A stretch of 64,000 bases of DNA, from assembly GCF_963853765.1 (NCBI RefSeq), contig NC_088855.1:28210001-28274000 (forward strand). The letters are read 5' to 3'. The translations under genes were made by a program, and so were the position numbers. Source of the stretch: Magallana gigas. Taxonomy: Eukaryota. Positions 26,767 to 40,251 of the stretch are shown here, in pieces. A model generated the notes under the pieces. The model ran no database searches. It was not told where the DNA came from and saw only the letters and a program-made list of their open reading frames with translations. Numbering within the stretch: position 1 is the first letter of the stretch; each line of letters begins with the position of its first letter.

Positions 26767-29559
26767 CATGAGATGACTGCGATTCAGTGATTGAATCTGT
26801 CATTTCACAATCAGCAATGGTTTGATCATCTATGTTGTCATCATTGGAAAAGTTGGTGCCTGAAATAGATATATCATTGTTGTATAAAGTTTAAGTACCA
26901 ACTAGCCCTGGTAGTTGGTTTTTATTTCAGTAAAAATGTATTAAACAAGCTATTACAAAAAAATTTGGACACTGAGTATACAAGCATAAAAAATTAACCA
27001 AAAGTATGGTTCTTTATATATACGGTATTAAGCATTGTATCATCATAATAGGTTAATTCCCGCTCTTGTGCGATATATCATCTAAGACTATACGTATTCT
27101 GCACATAAATATTAGCTTCATTTTATTCAGTTTAAAATATTTGCAGTTAAGAGAATAAAAATAGGAATACAAAATCTTGTAAAATTATTGAAATGAATTC
27201 CCCATTTTATGGCTGCAAATAAATATGTATCTCTTCCCAGTTCTCAGACAAAAGGAATTATGCAAATCAATTTTAAATGCATATTGCATATCAATACCTG
27301 AAGTCTTTAAATCAGTCTTCTCAGATGTCAACATGTAGTCTCTCCAAGCATGAAACTTTTGAGTTCTGGGATGGTTTTCCGAGTAAACAGCATTGAAGAT
27401 TTCTGCAAAGGCTTGGTGCGAAACAAATCCATGGTTGCTACAATAAGAATACAATGATGAAATATTTTAAAGTATGATGCATTTACATTCAGTCCATAAG
27501 CAACAATATGTTTCGGGATGTTGTAGTATTGGAATATAGAAACATGAAATTCTTTTGTTACTCATGCGGGATATTAAGGTGGCGCAGCATTGATTGCAGG
27601 CGAAAAAAAAATATATAACCTGAGTTTAATTGTTTTTGTGCAATCATCACTACCGTCATAACCCGTATAAATCAAGTAAAATTAACTAAATTACTGTTGA
27701 CGTACATTAGTATGTGAATTTGTTTGATATCCCCAATCAATATTTTTTTGTGCAGTGTGGTTTTTCTTAGGTCGATAAAGTTAATTAAGATTATCAATAA
27801 ACGATGTGTGTAGATGAGTTACAATAAGTAAAATTCCATAAGAAAAAAAAGGAATCATAGTTGGTGAATGTAAATATAGTTTTAATGAAAACCCATGATT
27901 TGAGATGTAACACTTTTCTTGAAATTCCTAGCAGTCACTTTACTACACTATTTTTCCTTATCATATATCTGTATTATATCTTTAATTGTCTGGTTAATAT
28001 GTTTATAATACTTTTCATAATAATTCATTGGAATCTGCTTCCTGTGGGTGAAATGTTATCATTATCACTAAAAGGGGTTTACATGCAGTCCTCCTATCAA
28101 TTGATTAAATCTTATTTTCTTCAAGACCACAAGCAGTCAAGTATATGAGATATGACTGTATGCATGTACCGGTATATCTATATCGATTTCTTTTGGTTAT
28201 TCCTGTTTTTATTTTTTTATTTTTTTCATTTCACCTTATTTTTTTTCTTCACATTTCCCTACTCACTTCTCGTGTATATTTAAATTATATCTAATCAGTG
28301 AAGTAGTTTATTTGTACAAAAATGAACATAAGTTTAGGAAAGCAAAATTATGAATTCAGGAATCTCAAAATATCCCAACACAGAGGGTCACAAGATGGTG
28401 AATGTAATATGTCTCAGTCAATATTGTTTAATATCACAATAGCTAAATGAATAATTTAAGCCTTTATATATACTTGCATATGTTAACCAAAGATCACAAA
28501 CTTAAAATCCACTTGGGGCTTTTGTTCATATTTACTGAATTAAATTTTAAAAATCATATTATCCCCCCCCCCCCCACATTGCTTTCTTTTTTGCCTATAT
28601 TGGACTTCTATACTTTAATGCATAAGGCTTTCTTTCATTACAAGTAATTTTTGCTGACTAGAATAACTATTACAATCTGTCTGTATAGTAACCCCATGAC
28701 ACCCGATCAAAATCTGTGAGACTCATAAACCCACAATTAAATTTTAAAATGCAAAATTTATTATCATAGAATTCTAATTACCTAGATTCACATAGGAACT
28801 CGTGCAGGTCCTTGCTCCAAAAGACTCTGTTACTTGCACTTTTCCACTGGCTGGCACTTGGTAGCGAATAAAATGCTTTTCCTCGATTTGGTGAAGAGTA
28901 TCCATCCACATGGTAATACATTTGACACGATTTGCATTTTAAAACACCTCTTTGGCCTGGAATGGGTCCACTCAAGGTGTACAGGGTGACTGCAACTCTG
29001 GCAAAGGAATACAGAGTCTCTTCACACTGCAGACATTCAGTCACTGGGGGGTTGATGAAAGCTAAATAGGGTTCCTTGTGGAGCCAGGTAGCTTGCCACA
29101 ACAGTGATGAAATGTCTGCTGGGTTGTCCTTGTGGAAGGTCATCAGATTTGGGCAACACGGAAGAATTCGCAGAAAGTGCAACAAAGATTCCGGCTTTGT
29201 TGATGCAAAGAGTGGAGAGGCCTTGCAAATGTTCCTTATGATGACATTCCTGTCTGGAAAATTCTCTGGCACGTGGTTGACGACTGCACAGAGGGTAGCC
29301 ATCTGGGCAACGGATAGGCACAGGGAAAGAAGGTTTACAGTGTCCTCCTCATTCTCCAAGGGTAGAATGTTTAGATGTTCTTCTGCGTCCATTTTCAATC
29401 TATGGATGTTTGCCACAAGTTTGTCTGCTTCCTCCTTTTGGTTGATCAGCACCTCTATTCTTTTGGATGGTGTGTCTGGATCTTTGTTTAAAAGTCTTTT
29501 AGTCTTTGAAGGAGTTCTTGTGCCCACATCTTTAAGGGTGCGCCGTTTCCGAGGGGTAT
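26767..29559 (-). CDS. Partial CxC5-domain protein of a KDZ-type transposase; exons 29559-28781, 27437-27298, 26859-26767
   Basis: Three open, in-phase GT-AG exons: PPVTECLQC..VTLYTLSGP..LKCKSCQMYYHVDGY..FY..SNRVFWSKDL..VSHQAFAEIFN, matching the CxC5 pattern as recalled. Start exon and catalytic exons not found. Confidence 0.75.
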
Positions 29560-30322
29560 CTAAATAGAAATAATAAAAGGTGTAATATTAGTACCGGGAC
29601 ATGAGTTTTAAAGGAAGAGTCATTTCAAAAGTTTGACTTGTTTCTTTTTCAATGTGTTAATTTCTTTTGATCAAATTATTAGGTGACTGAAAGGAACAGA
29701 AAGAGGTTACCCGTACTTTTACCTTTAGTTTAATATTAGGCATTGAAAGTAAAATAAGGTCATTTGAAATGATTGACAAAATGACAGAAGTCAAAACCAA
29801 TAGAAAATTGAATTTTTCTTTTGTAATTATTATGTGTCTTATAAGCCCCGATCATCATGCTTTAAAAATATGTCATATATTTAATACAATAATAGTGCTG
29901 TAATTTTAGTATTAATATTTCGATCATAACATGTATTACACAACATTCATAAAGGGTCTTTTTGAAATCAATATCAATTTGTGCAGGTTTTCTAGTGAAG
30001 GAATAGAAGTAAATTATGCAATTTTTGAACATTTTTGTGATGAGACAAATCCTTTAATTTGCACTTTTATAGATATTGAAGGAAAACCCCCATAAATGAC
30101 TAGATCTCTTTGCCAAATAGTTGCTTACAAATAGAACATGGTTGAGTATTGTTGATGTTGATGTTGTATGTATATTTGAAATATATGACCGGGAATTATA
30201 ATAGCTAGGTAAAATTACAATAGGTATAATAATAATCATTATAATATTATTTATACATTTATAGTAACTAGTAATAATTAGAAAAAAAAAAGAAACGAGA
30301 TGTTTGTGAAACACTTATACCC

Positions 30323-30748
30323 CCCCTCCCTTGGAAACATCTACCAAGAAAATGAACAGAAACTGCAAATAATTGAATTTTTTTAAGTCAAAGGGGCACA
30401 ACTCTGTTGAAAATAGCTCGAATGTACCCAAAATTGAACTTGACCTAGGTATTATTATAATAAATGTGTTTCATTTCAATACCTGCAACTTTTGTGAAGA
30501 AAATGAACAAAAACTGCAAATAAGTGGAATTTTACTAAGTCCAAGGGGCATAACTCTATTGAAAATTGCTCGATCATACCCAAAGTCCAATTTGACCTAG
30601 ATATTTTTATATTAATTGTGTATACCAAATTTTATTTCAATACTTGCAACCTCTGTGAAGAAAATGAATGGAAACTATTGGTGGACGGACAGACAGACGG
30701 ACAGCAGCCAAGCAATATGCCCTCCCTTCATCGAAGGGGGTATAAAAA
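30323..30748 (+). mobile_element. HINE-like element nested in the KDZ-like element
   Basis: Two to three ~160-bp units (GAAAATGAAC..AAGGGGCATAACTCT..TTGACCTAG), GGACGGACAGACAGACGGAC tract and 3' hairpin CCCTTC-ATC-GAAGGG. Confidence 0.75.
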
Positions 30749-31009
30749 TACAAACAAAAGGTTTTATACACAGGTTCAGATTCTGTGGTATAGGACAATA
30801 AGAAGGACTAAATAGATTATTGTATAATAATTTCTCTTTGTTGATTGAATATATTCATGAAAATATTTAAATATTGCAATATTTTTATCATAAGTAAGAC
30901 TAATGTCACCATTTAGAATGAGTTGTACTGAAAAAGGTATTGGCAGTCTTAAGGAATCTATGTTTTTGGATTAGTAAAAGTCTTTGATCACATGCAGTAT
31001 TTTGGACAT

Positions 31010-31600
31010 TCAATAAAAAAAGTGAGAACATGTTTCATAATTGTTTCCACATATGTCACAACTTGGGTTGTCACTCAGAAAATGATAATATAAATCAGCA
31101 AATAAATTACTAGCTGAGTTACGAAGTTGACAATGGATTATATTTTCCTTTCGAACACCATAGTTAAAGTACTTCTTGGATTTGGAACAATACATATTTT
31201 TTATGGCATGGGTAAAAGATGACAGTGTTGAAAGACTTTTCATGCATGTACATTGTAATAGGTTGTTTTAGCTAGGGGGACTTGAATTGTAAGGTTGTTC
31301 TGATTTCTTAGGGGATAGGATTTTAGGTAATCATTGTCCAATCAGATCAACTAAATATTCGAGTTGCTAATCCATAAACTATCTTATAAAAATAACACAA
31401 GCTCATGTATTTTACGTCAAACTTCGAGTGTATCCCAACCAAGTTCAATTTGACTTTAATCCTAAAATAATTATAGCTGCTGCAACTGCAAAATCTTCAA
31501 GTAGTTTAGCATCTCTATCAGAACAATTATCCCATACAATGTCAGAATATTCAAGAACTGGGCAACAAAGGCAAAGTAAATTTTTATCAAGGCATCCCTT
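31010..31600 (-). mobile_element. Degenerate 3' fragment of a CR1/L2-type LINE ORF2
   Basis: Minus-strand PVLEYSDIVWDNCS..KLLED (~31470-31580) and HCQLRNSASNL..SCDICG..ETCSHFF (31010-31243). Confidence 0.65.
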
Positions 31601-31859
31601 TTAAGGGTGTGTTTCAACATTTTTAAGATATTTAAACAAGTACAGGCTTTAGAATGAATATCAAGAATATGTGTCCTCCAACTACCACCCTGCTGGAATT
31701 TTATATCTAGATGAGTATGTGTTTCAACATTTTCAATAGCAGGCCCATCAGTACCAAATTTAACTTTGGGATTACTAAGTAAACACTCCTTCTACCAAAA
31801 TCTAAATTACCGGTAACTGTTTTATAGGGATTAATTTCAACCGCCACTTAATGAATTTG

Positions 31860-33770
31860 CAGATTTCAAATATTATTATCATATATCTACTATAATATAC
31901 AAAGGGTGATGCATTAGACCCCAATAATTATAGAGGCATTAGTCTTTTCAGTTGCTTTGGTAAATTATTCACATCTATTTTGAATCAAAGATTGTTAACA
32001 TCATGGTCTGTCGCAAATGATGTAATCACTGATGCAGTTTGGATTTCAACCCATTTAACGAGGCACAGCTGAGGCTATATTTAGCCTTTCAAATATTATT
32101 AATATGTCAATAAGAAAGAAAAAGAAGATTGTATTGTTGACTTTAAGAAAGCAATTGAGACAATTGAAAGATTGAAATTATGGGAAAAATTGTCTAACGT
32201 TGCATGGTATTAGAGGAAAATTGTTGAATTTTATTCGTAGTATGTATAATAATATGAAATCATGTGTTAATTCAGCAGGAAAGTTATCTGAGTTTTTTTT
32301 AAAAATAACACAGGACTTTTGCAGGGAGAAGTGCTATCTCCAATATTGTTTTCATTATATGTGGATGATTTTGAAATGGAATTTTTGTGCAAAGGTAACA
32401 TACCATTGATACAAATTCAAGAGTTAAATCTTTTTGTTTTAATGTACGCAGATGACATGGTAATTTTCTCCGAAACTGCACATGATCTTCAAGAAAAGTT
32501 AAATACATTGTATTCTTATACATCTGTCTGGGATCTTACTGTAAATGTACAAAAAACCAAAATTGTCATTTTTAGAAATGGTGGTAAAACTCACAATAAT
32601 GAGAGGTGGCATTTAAATGGCGAGCCAATTGAGGTTGTCAATAGCTTTATATACCTGGGCCTTTTGTTACAATACAATGGAAAGTTTAACAATACACAGA
32701 AACAGTTGGCGGGCCAAGGGAGAAAAGCCATGTTTTCTTTAAAGTCAAAAACAAGTCAATTGTATCTGAATACAGAAACAATGCTGTCAATTTTTGATAT
32801 TTATATTGCTAGTATATTAAATTATGGCTGTGAGATATGGGGCATGCATGCTGCAAATGATATAGAAAAAGTGCATTTAGAATATATAAAATTTGTGTTA
32901 GTGTGAAGAAGAATTCAAACACTGCACTTGTATATTTTGAAACTGGGAGGCTACCTATGAAAACTATACGAATGTTTAGAATATTCAAATTTTGGTTCAA
33001 ATTGTTACAAAGTCAGAATTGTATTTTGCAGTCCTGTTACAAAATGCTGTATAATGAGTGTGAATCGTCTTTGGCACCTGCTGAAAATTGGGTTACTGTA
33101 ATTAAGAATAAACTTTTTGAAATAGGTCTAGGACATATATGGTTTGAACAGAAGTATATACATTTTGCAACCTATTTTCCTTTAATTAAGCAAAGAATCA
33201 TTGATCACTTTACTCAACAACTTGTAGAACAGATTAATTCCTCATCTCGATGTTATTTTTACAATCATATTAAAGACCAGTTTTCATTACAATATTATTT
33301 AACAAAATCAATACCTTCTACATATAAGAAACAAATTACAAGAATTAGATTGTCATTTTATAGACGTTCAATTGAAAGTGGACGACACACTTAATAGTAC
33401 CAAAAGAAAGACGCTTATGTAAATTTTGTTCAGATATTGAAGATGAATTCCATTTTGTTTTGACATGTGAAATCCGAGTAAAATATATTAAGAAATATTA
33501 TTGGAAAAAACCTTCTGTATACAAATTTATACAATTATTAAGTGTTCAAAATTTTAAAGAACTGTGTAATTTCGGGAAGTATCTCCATCTAGCTTTCAAT
33601 ATTCATGATAATTAAGAAAAATTTCTCTGGTTTTTTCGCCTGTTAGTAAAATTTTATTTTATATACATTGTCAATGTACTTTACATGTACATGTACCATT
33701 ATTTCAATAGTGCTATTATTTATATGTAATAACCTATGCCATAAGATGTATGTCTTGTGCAAATTAGGTT
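31860..33770 (+). mobile_element. 5'-truncated, frameshifted non-LTR retrotransposon reverse transcriptase (RTE-X/CR1-like group)
   Basis: DPNNYRGISLFSCFGKLFTSILNQRL; QGEVLSPILFSLYVDD; YADDMVIF; KTKIVIFRNGG; FIYLG; ILNYGCEIWG; C-terminal IEDEFHFVL. Split across ORFs by frameshifts and stops. Confidence 0.85.
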
Positions 33771-33789
33771 ACTGCATTGTCTCTGAACA

Positions 33790-34250
33790 TGAAGTGGATA
33801 ATTATCCATAAACTACCTTTCACATCAACAAAAAGCTGTATAAGCTTCAATGTTTCCAATACAGAATAATAATTAATATTAAGATTTTAGCAACAGACAT
33901 TTAATATTCAAATCGAAAATATGTACTTTTTGTCACAGAGAAGAGGAAACTATAGAACATATCTGTGGGATTGAAATCTATCATCCAGTTCCTATTCTCT
34001 GTAAATGAATGTATATTGTATAATTTATCTTAATAGAAGAATAAAAAATTCATATGCATTTTAATTTACCGAAACTTTGTAATATAATGGACATCCTAAA
34101 TAGTTTAAATACCATTTTTCTTTGGTAAAATACTATTTTTACACAGCAAGTTAATTATATTAGTATTTCTTCTGCAATGTTATCTTTATAAACACTCTTC
34201 AGAACCCATGAAACACAAAAATTATTTTTTATAAAAATGGAGAAAATGTA
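33790..34250 (+). mobile_element. Highly decayed L1/Tx1-like ORF2 3' fragment
   Basis: Broken motifs KLPFTST..FQYRII..ILAT..CTFC..EETIEH resemble the zf-RVT region. Confidence 0.45.
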
Positions 34251-34496
34251 AATAATCAAATTTGTATTTAAATGATGATATGATAGGATATTACATTGTT
34301 TGACAATTGTATTTTTTCTCTCAATCTTATTCATCTAAAAAAGATTCAATTTTTTTAATTTGTTCAAAACCAGGAACAAGCAATTAATAGATGTACATTG
34401 TATTTACTGTGTAAATTGCAAGGTGTTAGACATATTTTACAGCTCTCATATATGCTCAAAAGATTCCTTCCTCAAAGACAGTCTTTTGTCTAATTT

Positions 34497-34975
34497 CTCA
34501 TGTGTATGGTCTACCTGTATAATTCTTATATATTCTAATATGTTATTTGCAAGGCTCAAAGTTTCACACCTTTCTTTGTTATACAAACTTCAAAGACATA
34601 CTTGGACAACACCTGCATATGTATAATGTGTGTGTATTTTAAGAGGAGACATGCTTCAAAGGAAAATTTTGGGCTATTTTCTCATGTGTATGGTCTACCT
34701 GTATAATTCTTATATATTCTAATATGTTATTTGCAAGGCTCAAAGTTTCACACCTTTCTTTGTTATACAAACATCAAAGACATTCTGTAGACAACACCTG
34801 CATATGTATAATGTGTGTGTATTTTAAGAGGAGACATGCTTCAAAGGAAAATGTTGGGCTATTTTCTCATGTGTATGGTCTACCTGTATTATTCTTATAT
34901 TTTTATGTTATTTGCAAGGCTCAAAGTTTCACACCTTTCTTTGTTATACAAACTTCAAAGACATATTGTTTACAC
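34497..34975. repeat. ~184-185-bp tandem repeat, ~2.6 copies
   Basis: CTCATGTGTATGGTCTACCTGTAT recurs at 34497, 34681 and 34866. Confidence 0.9.
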
Positions 34976-37144
34976 CTTCACCTGCAGATAGATTATTTCA
35001 ATTACCCTCTGGTGTAGATAAGCAAAGAACCAAGAAATCTACAATGCATTTTTTTTTTTGATATTTGATTTTTTTTAGAGACAAATTAATTAAACTTTAG
35101 AGAATAATTAAGGTAGCCCACAACATTTAAATGCTTTGTTATAATTTTTTGATGACGCAACATTACTAGATGACAAATTAATGCTTTATGAAATTACTAA
35201 TGTCAAACCATTTTTTTTAATGAAATGCTCAGGGTTCCTTATAGACTGTGTTCTGATCATCAACAGATCGAGTTAGCCCTCTAAGGATTTTGTTAAAATT
35301 AAATGAATTAAATTTGTGGTAGTCATTTTTTTTTTCAGAAAAGAATTCCTTATTTTTAACATAGATTACATATACTTTTTATGCATCAATCTCCCCCAAC
35401 AAAGTCACCTAGCCCATATAATACTTTCTTAGATCTATTGCAGTAGGATTAATATAAATATCAACAAAAAACTGTCTAACACAAGTAGCAGCAAACGATT
35501 CCAATTAAATTTTTTATCTATCTATTGCGAAATCTTCCCTCTGTACTGATACAATTAGAGCAAACTGTTTTGATTAGAATTTGAATCTAATTGTAATATA
35601 AGTGCTATTACTCTTTGAAATATAATGAAATTTTCATTCCAATATTGTATGTCCTTGTGAATGGGGTATGAATTTAATTAGAAACCAAATGTTTAATACT
35701 TAATTTAGGAGAGTTGCAGTTCTGTTACCTTTAATTCATTTAAAGCAATATGAGCTGCAATTTTCAGGCTGAATTTTTTTTTTTACAAAAATTTCTACTG
35801 AAATGACAAAAATATCATGGCCGGATTTTAAGTTTCTGTTAGCATTTGTGGGAAAAGCCGTTAAGAAGCCTTACTTGAAGCATAATTGAATTATTGTTGT
35901 CCTGTACAAAAATTTAACTGCTATAAATTCCTTAGAAGATTAATCATTCTTCAGACAAAAATTAATGATTTTTTTCAAATCTTATTTATCATACAAGTAT
36001 AAATTACATACAGACTAAACATACTAGTGGTTTTTGCAGCAAAATAAATTTCTAGAGAATACAGCTTATATATTGCTTTAAGTTTCAGTACACTATTTTT
36101 TGAATTAAATTGATCTATACAAAACCTTACAAATCTAAATATAATATGGTCATAACATGGACGTATATACGTCCCTGGTCATAACTAAAACAAAGTACAC
36201 AAGCATTATAAGGTTAAACTTAGTTTGTACAGCATAATTTCATCTTTCCCCTAAAATCAAATTTTGATTATTAATTGCTTGTTTCCACAAAAATCAATTT
36301 TTTGATTATTAATTGCTTGTAAAATTAGTAATAAAAACTAGAAAGGGTTATTTTTATAAATAATTTCTATTTTGTTGGAAAAATAATTACAACATGTATA
36401 TAAGGATAAAATTAACGATTTCCATAATTAAGCACTATTTATTTTTATCAAAAAATCTTTTTTCAAACTAATCAAATCATTTTGATCAATGCTGAGAAGA
36501 GAAATCTAATTTTTTTCTGACAAAAATTTATGAATGTTTCAAGTCTTATTTGCATGTGAGACTTAGCATATTTTGCAGCAAGATAACAGTCTAAAAAATA
36601 CAGTTCATATTGATTTTAAAATTAACAATATGAATTATACTTTAATATTGCTATTTGTTCAATAGTCTTTAAACTGCAACTGTTATAAACCTCCAGCAAG
36701 CTTCAACACAATAAATCAATTAAATAAATTAAATTGAAATGGCTAGCAAACTCATATCTAAGCAAACTTACCCATTCTGATACAAATCCAGTTAAATCAC
36801 AATATAAACAACAGTTAGCAGCTTAAAACAACAGGTAGCATTCAGTAGGAACTATCATCTAAGACAAAGTGACAGGTAGGCTAGATGAGGTTATTGACAG
36901 GTGAGGTATCTAGTGGGAGTGTACTTGACTTTCCATTAGCCAATGAGAATCGATTATTGTGTAACCATTGTACCCTCTGTATCACGTGACCCTAGAGTAT
37001 CCTGGGTAATTTTCTACTTTCATTTTCCTATGGTTTTGTACTGTACCCTTTTTGTAACCCCTTTCTTCTATATAATATAGGAGGTGTACCCTAGGGTACA
37101 AAAGTATCACCTCAAAACAAAGTCCTAATTTCTTGCCATATATG

Positions 37145-37713
37145 GTCTCTCTTCCAGTGTGGAGGGAATCCCCGAGTATTTATTGAAGGATTCCTCACTG
37201 AAGAAGCAGTCAATGCCATTTATTGGCTTCTTATTGCTGAAATAAATAGGTAAAATATAAAATATATGTATATTTAACAATACAAGTATTTACTTAATTG
37301 TTTATGAAATTCAATCATCTTTAAACTTCAAGTCAACATCATGTTTAGTGCTGTGATGGTAGTGAAAGGAGGGGGTAATATATGTGCATAGATCTGTTAA
37401 TAACTGATGCCGATTGAAACGACGTATACTTCTGATGGCGTATAACTGTGATATGCTATAAAATACATAACACTAGAACTGACATGGGGAAACTCTGTTA
37501 AAAACACTTATTTTCAGTTTGAATTACGTTCACCAGTTTACCACTGTTACAACTTAAAAATCATTAAAATGCTCAACCTACTTTCAGTTAAGTAATACAT
37601 TAATGGTCGATGAAGTGTTAACCAATCATATAATATGCTTCTTTTGAGCAAATGTGAATACACAAGGAACTGTAAAATTAAACACGATACCTCCAACTAA
37701 TTTTTGTGTCCAT
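37145..37713 (-). CDS. ICE2: ICE2 5' part: exon 1 (37713-37691, MDTKISW) and exon 2a (37236-37145)
   Basis: ATG, AG|GTATCG donor and TTTCAG| acceptor. Translates MDTKISWSNKKPINGIDCFFSEESFNKYSGIPSTLEER, resembling the ICE2 N-terminal NG..FFS.E.. motif, and joins in frame to LLMRIRQ across the TSD. Confidence 0.85.
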
Positions 37714-40251
37714 ATTTTCGTCGTTTATTCAATCCGGAATATCCAGTATTTGACCTCGTATTTGGTTTGCTTTTTAGAATAAACTTATTTTTTTATTAAC
37801 TCGTACGTATTCTACTTCGTGGAATTGTGTTGTACCTATTTTTGATAATCATTTAACGGATTAAATCAATGAGGCGCTGTTTTAACATTTTTGAGGTATT
37901 TTCTGGTGTCAAAAAATAAATATTTGATATTGATAAATTATTGATATCAAAAGCTATAAAAATATAATTTTTGATATCAAAAAACTTGACAGAAAATCAT
38001 TTTTTAGTATCAAAAATACAAATAAATGATATCAAACAATGTTACATTCTGATATTAAAAATTCGATTTTCAGCCTATAGGCAATAAAAGAGGGTTTTAA
38101 AGAATGATACTGTAATAGATAAATGGTATAATAATAAACAATAAACTTCTCTTTTCTCACAGCTGAATATTTTATTTCAAGTTTTACAATGTCATAATGG
38201 CTCAAAATCAATGCATGTAAAGTACATCTGATTTAAAGTTCCTGTATGTGGAAAACATAGGATAAAATCTGACATTATACCGTTCAGATCAACATTGTAT
38301 TTACACAATGGAATGGATACTTTTTTTGAACATCCAATCGGATGAAAAACTGAAGATACATACACCCATAACAAAATCAGTAACTCAACAATTCTAAAAC
38401 AGACTTACATAAAAAAAATACACTGGGCTTGTTTAATACAGAGCTTCAATTAAACCAGTGACTAAATGCACAGTGTTTGAAAAAAATTCTTATTCCAATT
38501 TTACATTCTCAAAGTTATAATTTTTCTCATCACATAAAATATTCATTTCAATTTCTTGTGAACAGAAAGGGCATTTAGAATTGATTGTAACAAAAATAAA
38601 AGATTTCTAATAAATTTCTAATATCAGTACATGACTAGATTTTCCAAAATAAAAATCTACCCAAAACTTCAGTCGTCAATTTGAATGCGCTAGAGAGTAG
38701 CGAAACAATATCTATAAAAAGAGAATATCAAAATTTCTAATTAGCAAAGATATCAATTTTGTTCTCACATATCAACAATGCTGTAACTTCAACCTCTCAG
38801 CTATTTAAGATGACCATGTAAAACACTTGCTTTTTGCAATATATTCTATCAGAAAAAAACTGTATTAATTTGGTCATCCTCGTTATTTTGAAAATTTGGA
38901 AGTCAAGACCATGCAGATAAAATTTGCCTAATTTTTTTTTTTCAAGATACCCAACTTTGCAGTATTACAACCTTTGCATTAGATGTGTCAATATTGACAA
39001 CTCTTAAATTCCTCCCCTTTGGTAATCCAGGTATAGATTTATTTTAAGAAAACTTACAGACTACCAGTATATATAATCACATAAAACAAGATGTACAAGT
39101 ATGGACAAACACTAAAAAATCCTTATCAGTAAGAAAAGAAATTGCTTTAGGAAATGCTCAAAAGTAAAAAAAAAATAAAATGTTTTATCCTCTAAGTCAC
39201 CCCCCCCCCCCTTAAAAATGCTACACATACAGTACACAGTAAATATTTCTCAACACCGACTTTACGTGTCAATACTTATTACACATGTACATTGTATGTA
39301 ACATGTATAAACAAGACAGCAGGGCAAAACATATAATTCTTTAATTGTAAATGTACATCCTTGGTAATAACAGTCTAATACATCTACTTGACACACTGTG
39401 TCAAAGTCTATATACAGTACTACACTTTTCAAGCCTAGCGGACATAAACTTCACAAGAAAAAACAGGAGGAAAAATAGCCCACAATCATTATGCTTAAGT
39501 CACATGAACATGCACACTGTGCTGTTTCACAAAGGAGAGACTGCATTGCAATAACAAGGTAAGTTATATAATGAAGTAATGCCATTGATACAACTAAACT
39601 GCTTTATGCATGAAAAATACTTTATTCTGCACAAATCTGATGAAAAGTTTATATCAATTTTGAGAGTTATTATCATACATCAATTACCCATGATTTAAGT
39701 GCAAGCAATTTTTCAAGGAATAATACACTTTCCAAAAAGTAAAGACCACAAAATAGACTTTTTTAGGTAGATAAAAATGATCCAAACATATTGGAATTGT
39801 AACCATAATTGTTTACAAACATTTTTTTTTTTTAAATTATCACCATTTTTTTTAGAGTATAAGCCACTGTCAGGACAGAATGCAGTATTTTACTTACAAA
39901 AGGCAAATCACTGAACTAATATCCTCCATAATCAAATTTTCAAGATTCAATTTTTCATTGCATAAGTTTTTTTTCAAATTGACAATTATTTAAAAAAAAA
40001 AACATCCTAGATTTTGGAATACATGTAGTTTACATATACAAAATTGACTTCTTTTAACTCAACAAAACAAGGAGTAACCCTAGTATTCAGCATTCCACCT
40101 TTATCTATAATTTAGATGACCAACTTGTATGATAAACAAGACAATGCATGACCCTTGACCTTTCCTTCTCCAACAGGAAGTTGTAACCAAGCCTTTGTGT
40201 GACACTGATGTTTTGAGGAGATGAGTTCAACATACGACCATAAAGAAGACA

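Larger units (their letters stand above)
25267..37144 (-). mobile_element. ~11.9-kb non-autonomous KDZ/Zisupton-like DNA transposon inserted in ICE2 exon 2
   Basis: Imperfect TIRs of ~125 bp, with TATGGCAAGAAATTAGGACT identical at 25270-25289 and (reverse complement) 37121-37140. GTCTCTCTT duplicated at 25258-25266 and 37145-37153. Internal CxC5-type gene. Confidence 0.9.

Noticed and set aside
25267-37144. Element removed precisely as an intron (introner-like)
   Set aside because: On the ICE2 strand the element begins CATATATGG, not GT or GC, so its ends are not splice sites.
29530-37713. ICE2 exon 1 spliced to the CxC5 exon to give a fusion protein
   Set aside because: Phase mismatch (2 vs 1) gives R-Y-P-S-E-T-A-H-P-stop.
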